64,000 nt of DNA from Candidatus Dadabacteria bacterium. GTDB lineage: Bacteria > Desulfobacterota_D > UBA1144 > Nemesobacterales > CSP1-2. A model generated the notes under the pieces. That model saw only the letters and a program-made list of their open reading frames with translations. It was not told the origin of the DNA and did no database searches. Location: positions 384,001 through 448,000 of the forward strand of contig CAWDVW010000002.1 in NCBI GenBank assembly GCA_963805855.1, given 5' to 3'. This document shows, in pieces, positions 50,741 to 63,379 of the stretch; the first letter of the stretch is position 1; every line of letters starts with the position of its first letter. The translations under genes and the position numbers were made by a program.

Positions 50741-51430
50741 TTACTTCAGCCTTATCAATTCAAACGCCTTTTTGGCTTCGGATAAAAATGCCTTTACGAA
50801 TTCCGTAGATTTTCGCCCGTTTTTTAGTTCTACACCGGTATGGACGTCAACCCCTGACGGTCTGACCCCCGTAATCGCGCTGTAAACATTATCTGGCTTT
50901 AGCCCCCCCGCTAAAATCAAAGGTTTAGGCGATATCTCAACAAGGGTCCGGCTTATGTCCCAATTATGTGTCTTACCTGTTGCTCCATAGGCGCCCGTAA
51001 GCGGCTCGTATGTATCGGTTAGAAAGGCATCAACATAAGGACTGAAAATTTTCATCTTACCTTCTAGTTCCACCATATTATCATCTTGTACTATCAGGCT
51101 TTTTATAATTAACAGATTTGGCGAGATTCTCCTTAGTTTTGATAGCTCCGGCTCATCGATTTCACCATGGACTTGAACAATATTAGTTCCAACAAACTTG
51201 CAAAGTGCTGAAATATCTGCAGCATCTCTTAGATATGTTATCAAAACCCCGCAAACTGCAGTGGGGAGATTTCGAATAATATTTGCCGTCATGTTCTCGG
51301 AAAGATCTTCTTCATCGGATGAAAGCTTGAGTGGAAATCCTATAAACCTTACACCACACTCGATAAGCATCCTTGTTTCTTCTTCATCAATGACCCCAGC
51401 TATCTGGATATAATCCTTAAAGATTTCCAT
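50741..51430 (-). CDS. trpF: Phosphoribosylanthranilate isomerase-like
   Basis: VQVHG, GATGKTHNW, ILAGGL..DNV, GVDV.TGVE. Confidence 0.85.
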   Translation of the reverse strand: MEIFKDYIQIAGVIDEEETRMLIECGVRFIGFPLKLSSDEEDLSENMTANIIRNLPTAVCGVLITYLRDAADISALCKFVGTNIVQVHGEIDEPELSKLRRISPNLLIIKSLIVQDDNMVELEGKMKIFSPYVDAFLTDTYEPLTGAYGATGKTHNWDISRTLVEISPKPLILAGGLKPDNVYSAITGVRPSGVDVHTGVELKNGRKSTEFVKAFLSEAKKAFELIRLK

Positions 51431-51437
51431 ATCACAA

Positions 51438-51923
51438 TCATATTGGCTGCAAACATATAACGGGTAGGAATGCCGCTAACTTTTCAAAGCTGGTCTTCGT
51501 AATTTTCAGATCCGCCCCGAGTATTCTCTTCGAAAGAATTCGAAATGCCTTCGGGTGTTGAAAAGCGTATTTTGAAATCACACTCTCAGCCTCCTCAGAC
51601 GTGATTTGAAACGCTATTGCTTCAAACCTCTTACCTCCGATATTGACGACGACTTCGGGGTTTTTCCGAATATTCATAAACCAGTCAGATTTATCTCCCC
51701 AACCGGACAATACATAATATTCGCCGGATGTTTTGTTATGGTAAAGTACCTCCAATACCACCTGGCGCTTGAGTCCGCTCTTACGTCCTATGTTTGTCAA
51801 CATTAAGAACCGACCGCCAAATAGCCAACCCAATCCGATCTTATAAAGCAGTGTTGGAAAACGAAAGATAAGACTTAATAGACGACTCGGTCTTTTCCTA
51901 TTTTTCTTCCATAGGGTAGACAT
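51438..51923 (-). CDS. Deazaflavin (F420)-dependent nitroreductase-family (DDN) protein
   Basis: LT..GRKSG..R, SGWG.KSDW..NI..NP.V motifs; start placed at ATG 51923 to avoid overlap with the SDR gene. Confidence 0.82.
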   Translation of the reverse strand: MSTLWKKNRKRPSRLLSLIFRFPTLLYKIGLGWLFGGRFLMLTNIGRKSGLKRQVVLEVLYHNKTSGEYYVLSGWGDKSDWFMNIRKNPEVVVNIGGKRFEAIAFQITSEEAESVISKYAFQHPKAFRILSKRILGADLKITKTSFEKLAAFLPVICLQPI

Positions 51924-51936
51924 GATTTTCGGACAC

Positions 51937-52623
51937 CTAAAATTTTTCCAACCACGGACGCAACTCAACTTTGAAAGACCAACTGCTTCGATGCTGCCGA
52001 TGGACCTGAAGGTATGTTTCAGCGATGGCATCGGGATCTAATTTGCTATCTTTCGAGTCACGCCCTATAACACCATCTATAATGAAATGGGCAACATGAA
52101 TGCCCTTAGGCTGTAGCTCTCGAGCCATACTTTCAGCGAGAGCTAACAAACCAAATTTCCCCACGGCAAATGCTGCCGAACTCGGAAACCCTTTAATACT
52201 CGCAGTAGCACCGGTAAAAAAGATGCTACCTTTTCCTCTTGGAATCATGTATTTCGCGGCCTCCCGACCCACGAGAAATCCGCCATAACATGAAAGCTTC
52301 CAGGCATTTATAAACTCATCGGAAGAGATTTTAAGGACTGGCTTTCTAATCCTGAGACTGGCATTGTATACGACGATCCTAATAAGCCCGAGTTCTTTTT
52401 CTGTCCTTGCAAATAACCTTTTGACATCCGATTCGCCAGTCGCATCCGCTTTAATCGCAATCGCTTTTGTACCAAGAGACTGAATCTCACCAACAAGCGG
52501 TAACAACTTTTCCCGGTTTCGAGCAACAAGTGATACCGAGAATCCCGATTTTGCAAAGCGTCTTGCTAAAGACGTTCCGAGCCCGGAACCTACACCAACT
52601 ATGACTACACTTTCATCGTGCAT
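51937..52623 (-). CDS. Short-chain dehydrogenase/reductase
   Basis: GVGSGLG, YNA, FTGATAS, F...K, IHVAH.IIDG. Confidence 0.93.
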   Translation of the reverse strand: MHDESVVIVGVGSGLGTSLARRFAKSGFSVSLVARNREKLLPLVGEIQSLGTKAIAIKADATGESDVKRLFARTEKELGLIRIVVYNASLRIRKPVLKISSDEFINAWKLSCYGGFLVGREAAKYMIPRGKGSIFFTGATASIKGFPSSAAFAVGKFGLLALAESMARELQPKGIHVAHFIIDGVIGRDSKDSKLDPDAIAETYLQVHRQHRSSWSFKVELRPWLEKF

Positions 52624-53006
52624 GCTTTGAATCCATATATACGAATTAAAAATGCTTGAACTAAAATCGACACATAAACCTCAACAATCCCCACGCAGGT
52701 TAGAGAAACACCGCAATGCTTTAATCCTTATAAGTCCTTTTCACACTGCTAATATGTCATATCATTCATAGACTTTCAAGCTTATCATGAGAACTGATTA
52801 CTAGAAGTGTCTCTCTTTTTCGAATTCTGAACGCATCCTTACCCCATGGTAATTTCTTCTGTCTTCCGGTAGGTCACGAGTCCCTTCGACCATGCTCAGG
52901 GCAGACTTGCGCGTGACAGAAACGAGTGCATCGGTCATTACACAACTGGACTCGGAATATAAAACTTGTTAGTATTTACCCTGAAGATCTTTAGGAGGAT
53001 AAGCCT

Positions 53007-53519
53007 ATGAAAATTCAATTTGTCAAACTATCATTCATATCAGCCTTATTTGGGGGCTTATTGTTTTTTGGATTAAATATTGAAACCCTAGATACCTTAG
53101 CTTGCGGCAATATAGAGTCATGCGACAAGCTTATAGCACAAATGGATCCGGTGGAATCTGAATCGGTTGAGCCAGAAACCGAATCACTGGATTCCGTCTT
53201 TGAAACGGCGGAGGAAGCCTCAGAACCAATTGGAGACGAAATTGAGCCTACCGAGCCACTAGATGCTGTTTCGGAAACGGCAGGAGAGGCAACTGAGTCA
53301 GTTAATTCATTGACGGAACCTACGGAATCACTCGGATCAGTGTCGGAAACCGATGATGAGGTTTCAGAACCGATAGGCGCGGTATCAGAAACAGCAGACG
53401 AGGCTTCTGAAGACTTACCGTTTGCCCCTGAAGGAGAAGAAACAACCGAACAATTGGGAGCACCCCAAGAACTGCCTCTCGGGGATAGAGAAGCAGAGGG
53501 AAGAGGTATAGGAGAATAA
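53007..53519 (+). CDS. Exported acidic low-complexity repeat protein
   Basis: N-terminal hydrophobic segment; imperfect E(S/P)L.(S/A)V.ET..E.(S/T)E repeats; AGGAGG RBS. Confidence 0.7.
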   Translation: MKIQFVKLSFISALFGGLLFFGLNIETLDTLACGNIESCDKLIAQMDPVESESVEPETESLDSVFETAEEASEPIGDEIEPTEPLDAVSETAGEATESVNSLTEPTESLGSVSETDDEVSEPIGAVSETADEASEDLPFAPEGEETTEQLGAPQELPLGDREAEGRGIGE

Positions 53520-53571
53520 TATCGGTCGATTGCTTGTTTGATTCGTGATCTAGAAATTATCACACATGTTG

Positions 53572-54318
53572 TTACCTGGAAGGAAGTCTGTGCCTCCTCT
53601 GCTTGTTTCCAAAATTCTTAATGAATTCGCCGAACACGATGTCGCTCAACTTTTCAAGGCGGTCGATGCGTAAGATAGTCTCGTTCCTTATATTCTGAGG
53701 ATCAATCTTTCCTTTAGTTTTCTCAATCTCCACTTTGTGATGAGGAACCCGTAACCAACGTTCTATCATTTTTTGGTCGACTTCGAGATGAAATTGAAAC
53801 CCGTATACGTTGCCTTTATATCTGAAAGCCTGATTGCTGCATAATGGTGAGCTTGCAAGATGAACCGCCCCATGTGGGATATTAAACGTATCGCCATGCC
53901 ATTGAAATATTCTCTCACTTTTCCCAAAGTAACCGATCAACGGATCCTTTTTCCCATCTTCGGTTGGCGAAACATCGTACCAACCAATTTCTACTTCTCT
54001 GTTCTTCCTGATCTTTGAGCCTAGCGCCTTGGCTATCAACTGCGCTCCAAGACAAATACCCAATACTGGAAGTCCCCTTTTTATGGCTTCTTCTATTACA
54101 TTTATCTCAGTCACTAAATGCTTGTACTGGTCGACCTGATCGACATTCATCGGCCCGCCGAGAATAATGAGACCGCGATAACCGTCAAGGCTTGGCTGTG
54201 AATCGGGAAATCTTCCAAAATTTACGTACTTTATGCGGATTCCGGAACTTCTTAAGAGTGGATCGAGCGTTCCTAGAACCTCATAAGCTACATGCTGAAA
54301 AACCAGAATCTTACTCAT
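53572..54318 (-). CDS. Type 1 glutamine amidotransferase (GMP-synthase-like GATase)
   Basis: LGGPM, GICLGAQL, QWHGD, QFHLE. Confidence 0.93.
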   Translation of the reverse strand: MSKILVFQHVAYEVLGTLDPLLRSSGIRIKYVNFGRFPDSQPSLDGYRGLIILGGPMNVDQVDQYKHLVTEINVIEEAIKRGLPVLGICLGAQLIAKALGSKIRKNREVEIGWYDVSPTEDGKKDPLIGYFGKSERIFQWHGDTFNIPHGAVHLASSPLCSNQAFRYKGNVYGFQFHLEVDQKMIERWLRVPHHKVEIEKTKGKIDPQNIRNETILRIDRLEKLSDIVFGEFIKNFGNKQRRHRLPSR

Positions 54319-54731
54319 GTTCCGAAAACCCCGCTTAGAACCCTGCCGAAAATTGACACAGATTTTACTCAACTTTGATCAACGAATAGAAATAATATTA
54401 TCTTATTCCATGTGAGTCAACATAAAGCAGCAAAGTCACAACAATGAGGGAAGGGTCAAGCGCAATTGCCGTTAGCCCTGAGTCCTCCGATCCCGCGCCC
54501 AAGCTCAGGATAGTCGGAATTTGGAGTTTAAATATTGTGATTTGTGTTAAACCGTGAACTCCGAAACGATAGGCGGGGTTTTCCAATCCCGCATGAATGC
54601 TGATTCACCCCAACCCCTTCGCCCTCAGTAAATCGAAGGGGCAAACGACGATGAAGACAAAGACTTGAAACGAATTTTGTCACCCTTCGACTTTGCTAAG
54701 GACAAGGCTCGGGGTGATCGGGAATTCCTAT

Positions 54732-57700
54732 TCACACAATACCTTTACCCAAATAAGCCCTAAGCTTGGGTGAAACCCTTCTTTGAACAAGGGTCTTATG
54801 GATATGCCATCTTTCCTCAGCCCCGAACTCTTTCAAAAACCTCAATTCTTTCCCTTCTTTGATTGCCACGGGCTCGCCGTCTCTGTAAAGAATGCGGTTG
54901 TTGAAAAGTGAGGGCACACGCCTGCCCGGCGTTATGATGCCCGTAAGATTGACTGGATCTGCTGCACTGATTGAAATAAGCTCCCCGGTTTTGGGCTGTC
55001 TTCTTATTGCGCGAAGCTTCCCCACCGCCTCGGGCAAAGCGAATTGCTCTCCCCAAACCCCCTCAACAAACCTACCCCCTCTTATTTCACCCCGTGCTTC
55101 AAGTATCCTAAAGACCCTGACCAGGTCTCTCCACGGGGGTACCAGATTCTCACGGTCAACGAGTCTTCTAAAGACAACCCCATACCTCCGTAGTAACGCT
55201 CTGGCTACCACTATCAAGGACTCCCCGTCAGTTTTGATATCATCTTCAGTAGTTGTTCCGTAATGAATCAGAGACCAGCGTCCAGCCTCTTCCATTCCAA
55301 AGCTGATACCCTGTCTCCGTCGCCTGCCCTTACCCGTCCGGTATTTCGACTCTACCAGAAGTGACCTTAGCCCAGAAAAGCTATCGGATGTCAACAATCC
55401 GACTGCAACCAGCTCCGCCAAAGCTACTTCGACCTTTGACCTCAAGAGGCCTGTCTTTGAAACTACATCCTCGAAAAATGATGCCCCCCTGGTTCTTAGA
55501 AGCGCCAAAACCTTCACCGTGTCGTTTGACAGCTTGTCGATGTTCTTGGCGGACGAGAAATTCAGTTTCTTCCAATAATCAAAGTTTGATCTTGTTACAA
55601 AGGTAATGGGACTGCTTTTTACAGGGCTAGGATTCCTATCACCATTCTTTTCAGCAGCTCGATTTCTGAATCTCCCCCATACCATATAGCCCGATAGACA
55701 TAACATATCCAGCCAAAGATGATCATAATCCGTCATACGAGAGGGTAGTAACTCACCCTCCCACGAAGCCGCAGGAGCCTCAAACCCTTCGAGCTGATTC
55801 AGCACTTCCTTCAAAGCCTCCGGCCCCTCGGGCTTTTCATCTGATCCCAGTGCGTGCCACGAAAACAAGAACCGCATAAAGTCTACGGCTGGTACTGGTT
55901 CTATCTCCTTCCTTAGGCTTTTCAACGTGTATTTATGAATTCGCGCTAAAAGCCTCCGCTCACACCATTCAAGATCATCGATGCCAGGGGTAAAATGTCC
56001 TCTGAAGACAAAACCCTCATTCTCCAGCGTAATCAAAGCCATTTCTATCTCCGATACTGGCATCCCCATTGAACTGGAAAGGTCGATGGATCGGATGGGC
56101 CCGAGTGCTTCCAATCTTCCCCTCACAACTTCAACCAGAGCCCTCTCCTTCGAAGTAATGCCCTCTGACAATTTGTCAGGTATTTGCAGCAACGGATCCA
56201 TATCCGAATTCGGAAAGATTAAATTCATCTGCGGGATTCTCTCTACCGCCACCCAGAACTCGTAACCACTCTCCGTACTTAAAACGCAAGCTCTCTTTTC
56301 ATTCTTCAATTCGGTAAAATATTCCTCCCAACCACCGTAACCATCCCCTCTTATCCCTTCTTCAGCAGTCAGAAAACCCGACAAAACCAATGCGTCGTGC
56401 AGCTCATCTGCATTTCCTACCTGTGGCCATGCCTCGTTTTTCACAGCATTTATCGCGTCGGCACTCAATTTGCCCAAATCCGCTGCTTCAACTGGGTCAA
56501 GCCATCTTCGGTTCTGCACAGCATTTGAGCGACGTTCTTCCAGCGGGGCGTCATCCAAGAATGAGTATGGACGAGCGCTTAATATCTGGCCTGCAAGCGG
56601 TGAAGGTTCCTTTAGATCCATTGTTACAAGCTTTCTTTCACCGTTATGTATCGAAGTAAATAGATTCTCAATTTCGTCAATATCCATCGCCTCATAAAGA
56701 CAGTCGTGAATGGTTTGATTCACCAACGGATGATCGGGAATCTCTCTTTCCCCCGTGATGTTTTCTTGACACGCTAATTGATCGGGAAAAACCAGAGCGA
56801 GAAGGTCTTCCGACTGGATCCGCTGGATCGCCGGGGGCACTTTACTTCCTGCTCGACGCCTCAGCACTGCAAGCGCTCTTGATGCATTCCAGCGCCAGCG
56901 TACCCCAAACATAGGAGAGTCAAGAAGTGCCTGGGTTAAAACATGTCGAACAGTGTTAGGGCTTAGATAATAAAAGACCTCATCCAGAGGGAAACTATGA
57001 GTCGCTCCCAGTGATAGAATTATTGAATCTTCTGTTGCAGCCGCCTGAAGCTCAAAATTGAATTTCCTGCAAAATCGCTTTCGAAGGGCCAGTCCCCATG
57101 CGCGGTTGAGCCTGTTCCCGAATGGGGAATGAATGACTAGATGCATCGCTCCAGCCTCATCAAAAAAACGCTCCATGACTAATGTATCTTGTGAAGGCAT
57201 TACTCCGAAAGTAGCCTTCACAGCCGCAAGATAGGTCACCAATTGATCGGCTGCTTCTTGACTCAAGCCGACTGCGGGCACGAGCCAATCGATAGGTTCT
57301 TTTTTCCACTCATCATTTATCGGTCTCTCCGCATTGTCACGGGTATTATTTAACTTATCCAAATCCCCGACACGACCTGAGATTTCTTCCCTAAATCTGG
57401 ACACTGCAAATGAGAGTTCAGCAGTCCTCGCAGGCGCTTCCCCAAACCAGAACGGAATCGTCGGAGGCTGACCCTGTGCATCTTCAACACGCACCTTGCC
57501 CCCCTGGACGCCTAAGATCCTCCACGAGTTATTGCCCAGGAGGAATATATCTCCCGCCACGCTTTCGATCGCGAAGTCCTCATTAACCGTTCCGATAAAT
57601 GTATCCGTCGGTTCGAGAATCACATCGTAATCGAAGTTATCCGGAATGGCCCCACCTGAAACGAGCGCCGTGAGCCGTGCTCCCCGTCGAGCCCTCAGCC

Positions 57701-59141
57701 TCCCATTTACAATGTCACGATGAAGGTACGCACCTCTTCTTCCCCTCTGCGTGGCGTAGCCTTTGGAAAGCATATCAATCACGGCGTCAAACTCTTCACG
57801 CGATAGGTTTCTGAATGGATAAGCACGGCAAACCAGATCAAACAACTCCGATTCTTCGCACTCCCTTGAAGAAACCTCCGCGACGATCTGCTGGGCAAGA
57901 ATATCAAGAGGCTTCTCAGGCATGACTGTGCTGTCCAGCTCCCCACGCCTTATGGCATCCAGAAGGGCCACGCACTCAACCAGCTCATCCAGCGACAGTG
58001 GAAAGAGTCTCCCCTTTGGAATTCCTTTTACGGTGTGACCAGAGCGCCCCACTCGCTGTAATAATATGGCTATAGATCTGGGTGAGCCAATCTGGCATAC
58101 GAGGTCTATCGAGCCAATATCTATCCCAAGCTCTAATGATGAAGTCGCGACCAACGCCCTAAGCGAGCCTGATTTCAACCGCTGTTCCGCATCCAAACGG
58201 ATTTCTTTTGATATGCTTCCGTGATGCGCCGCTACGATCTCGGTGCTAAGCCTCTCCGTTAAATTATGAGTCATCCTTTCAGCTAAGCGCCTTGTATTAA
58301 CAAATATCAGTGTGGTATTGTGCCCATTGATTAGCTCCTCCAGCCTTTCATAAATTTCACCCCAAACCTCATTCGACATTACCGCGTTAAGTGGTGAGGC
58401 AGGAACTTCAATCTTAAGATCTAAATCTCTCTTGTGTCCAGCATCAAGGATGCTGCAATTCAAACCCTCGATATTCTTTGCAGGTCCGTTTCCTATTAAA
58501 AAGCGTGCCACCTTTTCAATCGGCTTTTGGGTCGCCGAGAGTCCTATCCTGATCAGATCCTTTTTAGTTAAAGCATCCAACCTTTCAAGCGATAGTGAAA
58601 GGTGTGACCCGCGCTTATTCCCAAACAGAGCGTGAATCTCGTCAATAATTGCCGTGTCAACATTGGAAAGCATATTTCTTCCATTTTCACTGGTAAGTAG
58701 CAGGTACAGAGATTCCGGCGTGGTCACGAGTATGTGAGGCGGGTGCTTGATCATCGCTGTTCTTTCAGAGGTTGAAGTATCGCCTGTGCGGACCAAAACC
58801 TTTATCGTTATCTCGGGCAAACCTGATTTTTTCAACTCCTCGCCGATCCCTCTGAGTGGCATTTGAAGGTTACGTTCAATATCATTACTGAGTGCTTTAA
58901 GTGGCGAGACATAGACGACCTGTGTTTTCTCCTCGAGTCGCCCTTCGAGACCCTGCTTAACCAGATCATCGATCGTAGATAAGAAAGCGGCAAGCGTTTT
59001 CCCTGAACCTGTAGGAGCCGATATCAGTATATTTCGACGCTTCTGAATCTCAGGCCAGGCCCTAACCTGAATATCGGTAGGCTCCTCAAACGTATTTCTA
59101 AACCAATTTGCAACAGAGGAATGGAATCTTTCTAAAGGCAT
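54732..59141 (-). CDS. lhr: Lhr-family DEAD/DEAH helicase
   Basis: [43 protein letters not shown]; long C-terminal region. Confidence 0.95.
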   Translation of the reverse strand: MPLERFHSSVANWFRNTFEEPTDIQVRAWPEIQKRRNILISAPTGSGKTLAAFLSTIDDLVKQGLEGRLEEKTQVVYVSPLKALSNDIERNLQMPLRGIGEELKKSGLPEITIKVLVRTGDTSTSERTAMIKHPPHILVTTPESLYLLLTSENGRNMLSNVDTAIIDEIHALFGNKRGSHLSLSLERLDALTKKDLIRIGLSATQKPIEKVARFLIGNGPAKNIEGLNCSILDAGHKRDLDLKIEVPASPLNAVMSNEVWGEIYERLEELINGHNTTLIFVNTRRLAERMTHNLTERLSTEIVAAHHGSISKEIRLDAEQRLKSGSLRALVATSSLELGIDIGSIDLVCQIGSPRSIAILLQRVGRSGHTVKGIPKGRLFPLSLDELVECVALLDAIRRGELDSTVMPEKPLDILAQQIVAEVSSRECEESELFDLVCRAYPFRNLSREEFDAVIDMLSKGYATQRGRRGAYLHRDIVNGRLRARRGARLTALVSGGAIPDNFDYDVILEPTDTFIGTVNEDFAIESVAGDIFLLGNNSWRILGVQGGKVRVEDAQGQPPTIPFWFGEAPARTAELSFAVSRFREEISGRVGDLDKLNNTRDNAERPINDEWKKEPIDWLVPAVGLSQEAADQLVTYLAAVKATFGVMPSQDTLVMERFFDEAGAMHLVIHSPFGNRLNRAWGLALRKRFCRKFNFELQAAATEDSIILSLGATHSFPLDEVFYYLSPNTVRHVLTQALLDSPMFGVRWRWNASRALAVLRRRAGSKVPPAIQRIQSEDLLALVFPDQLACQENITGEREIPDHPLVNQTIHDCLYEAMDIDEIENLFTSIHNGERKLVTMDLKEPSPLAGQILSARPYSFLDDAPLEERRSNAVQNRRWLDPVEAADLGKLSADAINAVKNEAWPQVGNADELHDALVLSGFLTAEEGIRGDGYGGWEEYFTELKNEKRACVLSTESGYEFWVAVERIPQMNLIFPNSDMDPLLQIPDKLSEGITSKERALVEVVRGRLEALGPIRSIDLSSSMGMPVSEIEMALITLENEGFVFRGHFTPGIDDLEWCERRLLARIHKYTLKSLRKEIEPVPAVDFMRFLFSWHALGSDEKPEGPEALKEVLNQLEGFEAPAASWEGELLPSRMTDYDHLWLDMLCLSGYMVWGRFRNRAAEKNGDRNPSPVKSSPITFVTRSNFDYWKKLNFSSAKNIDKLSNDTVKVLALLRTRGASFFEDVVSKTGLLRSKVEVALAELVAVGLLTSDSFSGLRSLLVESKYRTGKGRRRRQGISFGMEEAGRWSLIHYGTTTEDDIKTDGESLIVVARALLRRYGVVFRRLVDRENLVPPWRDLVRVFRILEARGEIRGGRFVEGVWGEQFALPEAVGKLRAIRRQPKTGELISISAADPVNLTGIITPGRRVPSLFNNRILYRDGEPVAIKEGKELRFLKEFGAEERWHIHKTLVQRRVSPKLRAYLGKGIV

Positions 59142-60143
59142 GATATTTCAAATTGTATGATAGATATGTGAATCTTTTCCAACATTATAAATGAATATTT
59201 CTTTTTCGCTTATTATTGAAATCACGGTGCCCAAAATCTGTCCAACATCCTGCCAATTTTTTTGCAGGATTGCCTGTAATGTACCTATACAACATGTCAT
59301 CTCTGTAGATGTTAGATATTTCGTGGACAAAAATGCAAAAACTAAAAAAGTTCGCGAAAATATGCTATCCGTCATCCTCGAATGTTTCTATCGGGGATCC
59401 ATAGCTTAATTCTTTTATTTTCTTTGTCTTGATACAAAGAAACAAAAATCAAGGGCTGCAAAAAATTAGGAATTATTAAATCAATTCCTTCAGCTAAAAA
59501 TATTTAATCCAACCGCCACCCCAAATCTTTTTCTAACGCTTCCGGAATTGATTTTGGCAATTTTTTGAATGCCCATTTAAAATCTAAAAAACTGCCCTCG
59601 AATTACTTGACATCTACAGAAATGACAACCTTCTCCTGTCGTCCTGATACCAAAGTCTGTCATCTCGAACCTTGTCCTGAGCTACCGCGAAGGAGCAGTG
59701 AGAGATCTTGTAGTTAGGTCGGTCAAGGCAAGAGGGAAAGGAAAGATTTCTCCTTGCAGTCGAAATGACACAAGTGGTCGAAATTGCGAGGGACCCAAAA
59801 AGTACCGGAAACCTTCAGGTTTCCATTCCATTTCTTTATGGAGGACTAAAGTCCTCCGCTACATTTATGTCGAAATATAAATATCCTTAACACCCTCTAG
59901 GAAGCCAACCAGTGGGCTCGGGGCAGCCATAGTCGCTCCTACTTAAATACTCGAAGTAATAGGAAACCGAGGGCTCCGAAACTCTCGAAGGACATACGCT
60001 TTTATAAAAAGGTAGCTTGCGCCACTTCTCTTATATAATAAAAAATTTGCACATTGATCTTTTTTATGATATTTAAGGATACTGTTCTACCTTCTTTCAA
60101 TTCTTCGAAGTACCGAAAATACAACCTACAGAGAGGTGCCAAA

Positions 60144-61364
60144 ATGTCGGAGCTAAAACGTAGTAAGACTCGGGTCAAGGGCTTCAATGATGCCGAGATG
60201 GACTTTCAGTTAATACGTCAGCTCGGTTCTTCGAGTTACGGTGGGGCATCGGTTGGTGAGTGCTTATCTACCGCCGCTCGCATTGAAGATGGCGATCCCT
60301 CAAGTTGGGTGAGTGAATTTACGAAGCTGGCTGAACATCAGGAAAATGACGCGTTAAAGCGCGCCTCCAGGGGTCATTTTATAAGCGCGCGTGACCAGTT
60401 CCTGAAGGCCGGTAATTCTTACCGGGCGGCTGAGTACTATAGCTATGCCTATGAACCAAAGCACCAGGATCTCGGCATGAAGTCCAGAGATTGTTTTCAG
60501 GAAGCCATGAAGTACGTGGGACATACGTTCGAAAGCATCTTGCTCCCGTACAAAGAGATGCGACTGCCCCTTTATTTCATGGCTCCGGAAAGTGAAGTCA
60601 AAAAGAGAAAGACGCTATTAATTGTGAGTGGGTATGACGGGACAACAGAAGAGGAGTATTTGATGAGAGGAAAGGCAGCCTTAGAGAGGGGTTTTAACGT
60701 AGTCCTATTCGCAGGACCCGGGCAGATGGATACGCTACGTTTTAACCCGGATGCACACTTCGAACCAGATTTTGAGAATCCCGTGAAGGTAATTATAGAC
60801 TTTTGCGCGAAACGTCCCGAAGTGGATCTGCAAAGGTTGGGACTATTGGGGATAAGCTTTGGAGGTTACTTCGCCATACGTGCGACCGCGTTCGAAAATA
60901 GGATCAAGGCGCTCATTGCCAATTCCCCGATCTTGAACCTTCATGACTATATGACCGCTTTCGGCGGAGAAGATTTCGCCAAAATGCCGGAAGAGGAGAA
61001 CTTTCGACTGGAGGATATACCCGACATCCCTGAGAAATTCATGTCAAAGCACGACAAGCTTATGTCAGCAAACTTGATAAAGCGATTCGGGCAACCGACC
61101 TTCAAGGATACCTTTGAATATCTTCGTGAATTCGCCGCTGAAGAAGCCGTAAGCAATATTCAGTGTGCGTGTCTTGCAATGGCAGGAACCGGAGAAGGCA
61201 GTGAGCCCGAAAAGCAGTTCAATTCCTTCTGCGAAAACGTGTCTGGCCCGGTCGAATCCCGCCTTTTCACCGAGCTTGAGGGTGCCGATACCCATTGCCA
61301 GGTTGGCAATGTATCCTTTGCTGCATCCGTCTATCTCGATTGGTTGGATGAGCAATTTGATTGA
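60144..61364 (+). CDS. Alpha/beta hydrolase (FrsA / S9-like)
   Basis: GYDGT.EE, GPGQ, GISFGGYFA nucleophile elbow, GADTHCQ; GAGG before ATG 60144. Confidence 0.88.
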   Translation: MSELKRSKTRVKGFNDAEMDFQLIRQLGSSSYGGASVGECLSTAARIEDGDPSSWVSEFTKLAEHQENDALKRASRGHFISARDQFLKAGNSYRAAEYYSYAYEPKHQDLGMKSRDCFQEAMKYVGHTFESILLPYKEMRLPLYFMAPESEVKKRKTLLIVSGYDGTTEEEYLMRGKAALERGFNVVLFAGPGQMDTLRFNPDAHFEPDFENPVKVIIDFCAKRPEVDLQRLGLLGISFGGYFAIRATAFENRIKALIANSPILNLHDYMTAFGGEDFAKMPEEENFRLEDIPDIPEKFMSKHDKLMSANLIKRFGQPTFKDTFEYLREFAAEEAVSNIQCACLAMAGTGEGSEPEKQFNSFCENVSGPVESRLFTELEGADTHCQVGNVSFAASVYLDWLDEQFD

Positions 61365-61552
61365 GCATCTGAAGATTCGGGTTGTTTTTGATCAATAATA
61401 ACGAATAACAGGTCAAGCCTTGGACTAACATATTAATTCATCACATCCAACCAAACTCCTGGAGATTCTGTCGTTAAAAATCTTGCCCCATGAAACGTTT
61501 ATCGCTTATAAGAGGTGTTGTCAAAGGCTTGACCCATCCTCCACTTTATTCA

Positions 61553-63119
61553 TTATGATGAACCTGGCGGCCACTGTTTCTTATGACCATTTTCGTCGAC
61601 GATCAGGCTATCAGTCCCTGGTGGCAAAACCTGAAGTGTCTTCAAGAACTCAATGACCGCATCCTGTTCATCTTCCTCCAACATTATAAATGCGTCAAGT
61701 GACGCCTGGGCTTCACCAGCGTGAGCCAGCACCGATTCCCGCAAAGTTGTAAACTGACCGTGGTGAAAAAAAGGCGGCTCATTTGCGACCCCCCAAAGCT
61801 TTCGTGTGATGAATTTTGAGTTTCCCGCAAAAAACATCGCAGATCCGGCAGCCTCATTCATATCGAGAGGCTCTATGTTTGGATCCCCCGGCCCACTCGT
61901 GATGTCGTGTAGCTTGAGATCTGTGTAGGCCGGCACATTCACAACACCATGCTTAGGTTTTAGACGCGGATGCGGAAGCTTTCGATCAGTTAGATCAACA
62001 CTCAGTGTCGGGGCATCACCCTCCTGCAGATTGCCGGGCGGATTAAAAGGATCAGGCTCCTTAAAGACCCAACCCTCGTTGTCAAGTGGCAAACTGGGCA
62101 CATGACACGACGTACACCCGATCTCGTCAAACTTCTGTTCTCCCAAAAGTACAGCCTCCTCAATCTCCGGATCATTAGGGATGACCCGTCCCGGTACAGC
62201 CAACGTCGCCTGGTGAATTGTACTCGCGGTCACGTCGGCCCGCGTAAGCTCGTTTTCAAAACCATCACCGTCGGGATCCGTATTAAGTCCGAACCGCTCC
62301 GTCGACTGAATACCATGATGATGGTTGAATGCATTATTGGTAAACTGACGGATTGACACCACAGCGCCAGCCTGATGGAAAGGCCGGATTATCAAACTTG
62401 GCGCATCGTCAGGACTAGTAGCTTCGAGGCTGGGCGCCGGAAGCCCCACAACTGACGACACGTCCCAGGTGCCGTCTAAATTCCGGGCTATTGTGCCAAA
62501 AGGGATTCCTTTAGAAATCAGCGGATTCTGCTGTCCCGGCGCCGTATCATCGCGAATAGCCTGTAAGTCAGCGGTCATCTGGCGAGCAAGCATCTCTATG
62601 AAGCCCGATCCAAACATACCTAATGTAGCTCGCCTATTGGCGATCGTCTGTTGCGTGACAGGTGTACCAGCTTCGTCCACCGCACCCTTCGTCGGAAGCG
62701 AGTCAGCCTGATCGAAGGTTGAGAAGTCAAAGCGCTGGCCAAGAACAAACACACTGGTCACAAAGTCGCCACCTCCCCCCGCAATACCGAAGGGTGCATT
62801 GTGGCATCCGGCACACGAGTTGGAGTCCGGCGCTGAGATACGGTTATTGTTCCTTGGGAAAACAAGTGGGTCACTAGGATCCGAAAGCGACGCGCCTGTT
62901 CCCTTAGTCAGAGGCCGTCCACCCCCTTCTTGACTCGTCCAATTAGCCTTAAACAGCTTTTCGCCGTGCACAATCAGGTCCTCTGATTGAAATCTCAAAT
63001 TCATCGCCATCCTGCAGATGATCGGGTACTGAAACCTCACGCCCGATTTCGGCGGCCACAGCACTATACAAAAATCCAAGCGAAAAAAACAATAAACCGA
63101 GTGTAACTAAGGTTTTCAT
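61553..63119 (-). CDS. Exported di-heme oxidoreductase-like protein, with an apparent single-base insertion near 62984
   Basis: CAGCH and CTSCH heme motifs, LWG, PFFHHG, H.GEA; signal-peptide frame from ATG 63119 (MKTLVTLGLLFF...AEIGREV) joins EDLIVHGEKLF if one base is removed. Confidence 0.82.
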
Positions 63120-63379
63120 AGTTGCCCCCTCTGTTTAGTATTAGAGATTTCTTCATTATAGCAAAACATAAAGTCTAAAATCAACATGAAATTTAGCTAC
63201 GTCCACAAAAATCAAAGATTTGTTATAGAACTGGTACCTGTGTAGAAACCGGGAACGCATACCAACGAACTTCCTCTTGATCAAAGTATTGTCAATTTTC
63301 CTTCGCGGAAAGATTAATCTTTTAGAAACTACTAATACTCGAGTGAATGCAGAATGCCAAAAAATGGCACCAATTTATT

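Noticed and set aside
59148-60050. Short ORFs between lhr and the hydrolase gene
   Set aside because: The region is AT-rich and made of REP-like palindromes; the ORFs lack RBS or motifs.
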